From the NCBI RefSeq assembly GCF_000485595.1, contig NW_014577072.1, positions 923,181 to 943,180 of the forward strand: a DNA stretch of 20,000 nt, written 5' to 3'. The DNA is from Priapulus caudatus. Taxonomy: Eukaryota. The position numbers were made by a program, and so were the translations under genes. Position 1 is the first letter of the stretch. Each line of letters begins with the position of its first letter. Positions 19,972 through 20,000 of this stretch are shown one piece after another. Below the pieces are notes generated by a model. That model made no database searches, had not been told where the DNA came from, and worked only from the letters and a program-made list of their open reading frames with translations.

Positions 19972-20000
19972 AACACCACACACACACACACAACTGACAC
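19931..20000. repeat. (CA)n microsatellite
   Basis: Directly visible. Confidence 0.9.

Larger units (their letters stand above)
16663..20000. repeat. Segmental duplicate, copy 2 (pairs with 9683-13010; may continue beyond the window)
   Basis: Direct sequence comparison; begins right after an (ACAG)n tract. Confidence 0.95.

Overview
Eukaryotic (metazoan, probably invertebrate) draft-assembly window with four N-gaps and many microsatellites. Most ORFs in the supplied track are gap or repeat artefacts. Spliced reading shows two gene families. (1) Three + strand paralogues (A, B, C) of a small secreted single-domain SUEL/rhamnose-binding (Gal_Lectin) lectin. They share a 6-exon plan: TATA + non-coding exon 1, a signal peptide split over two mini-exons, two domain exons, and a terminal exon with only 5 coding nt. 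A and B are partly hidden in gaps; C stops after exon 4. (2) Two - strand copies of a 4-coding-exon protein O-mannose kinase (POMK/SgK196)-like gene inside a ~3.3 kb duplication (9683-13010 vs 16663-20000). The second copy splices to an intact ~374 aa type II membrane kinase. The first is frameshifted by indels, but its clean substitutions are synonymous. Also present: a ~1.35 kb A-rich tract inserted in an inverted copy of the POMK 3' flank (probably a long-read artefact), a 188 bp MITE-like element, and small intronic palindromes. No clearly new system is demonstrable; the best leads are the divergent POMK-like kinase, the lectin array and their linkage.
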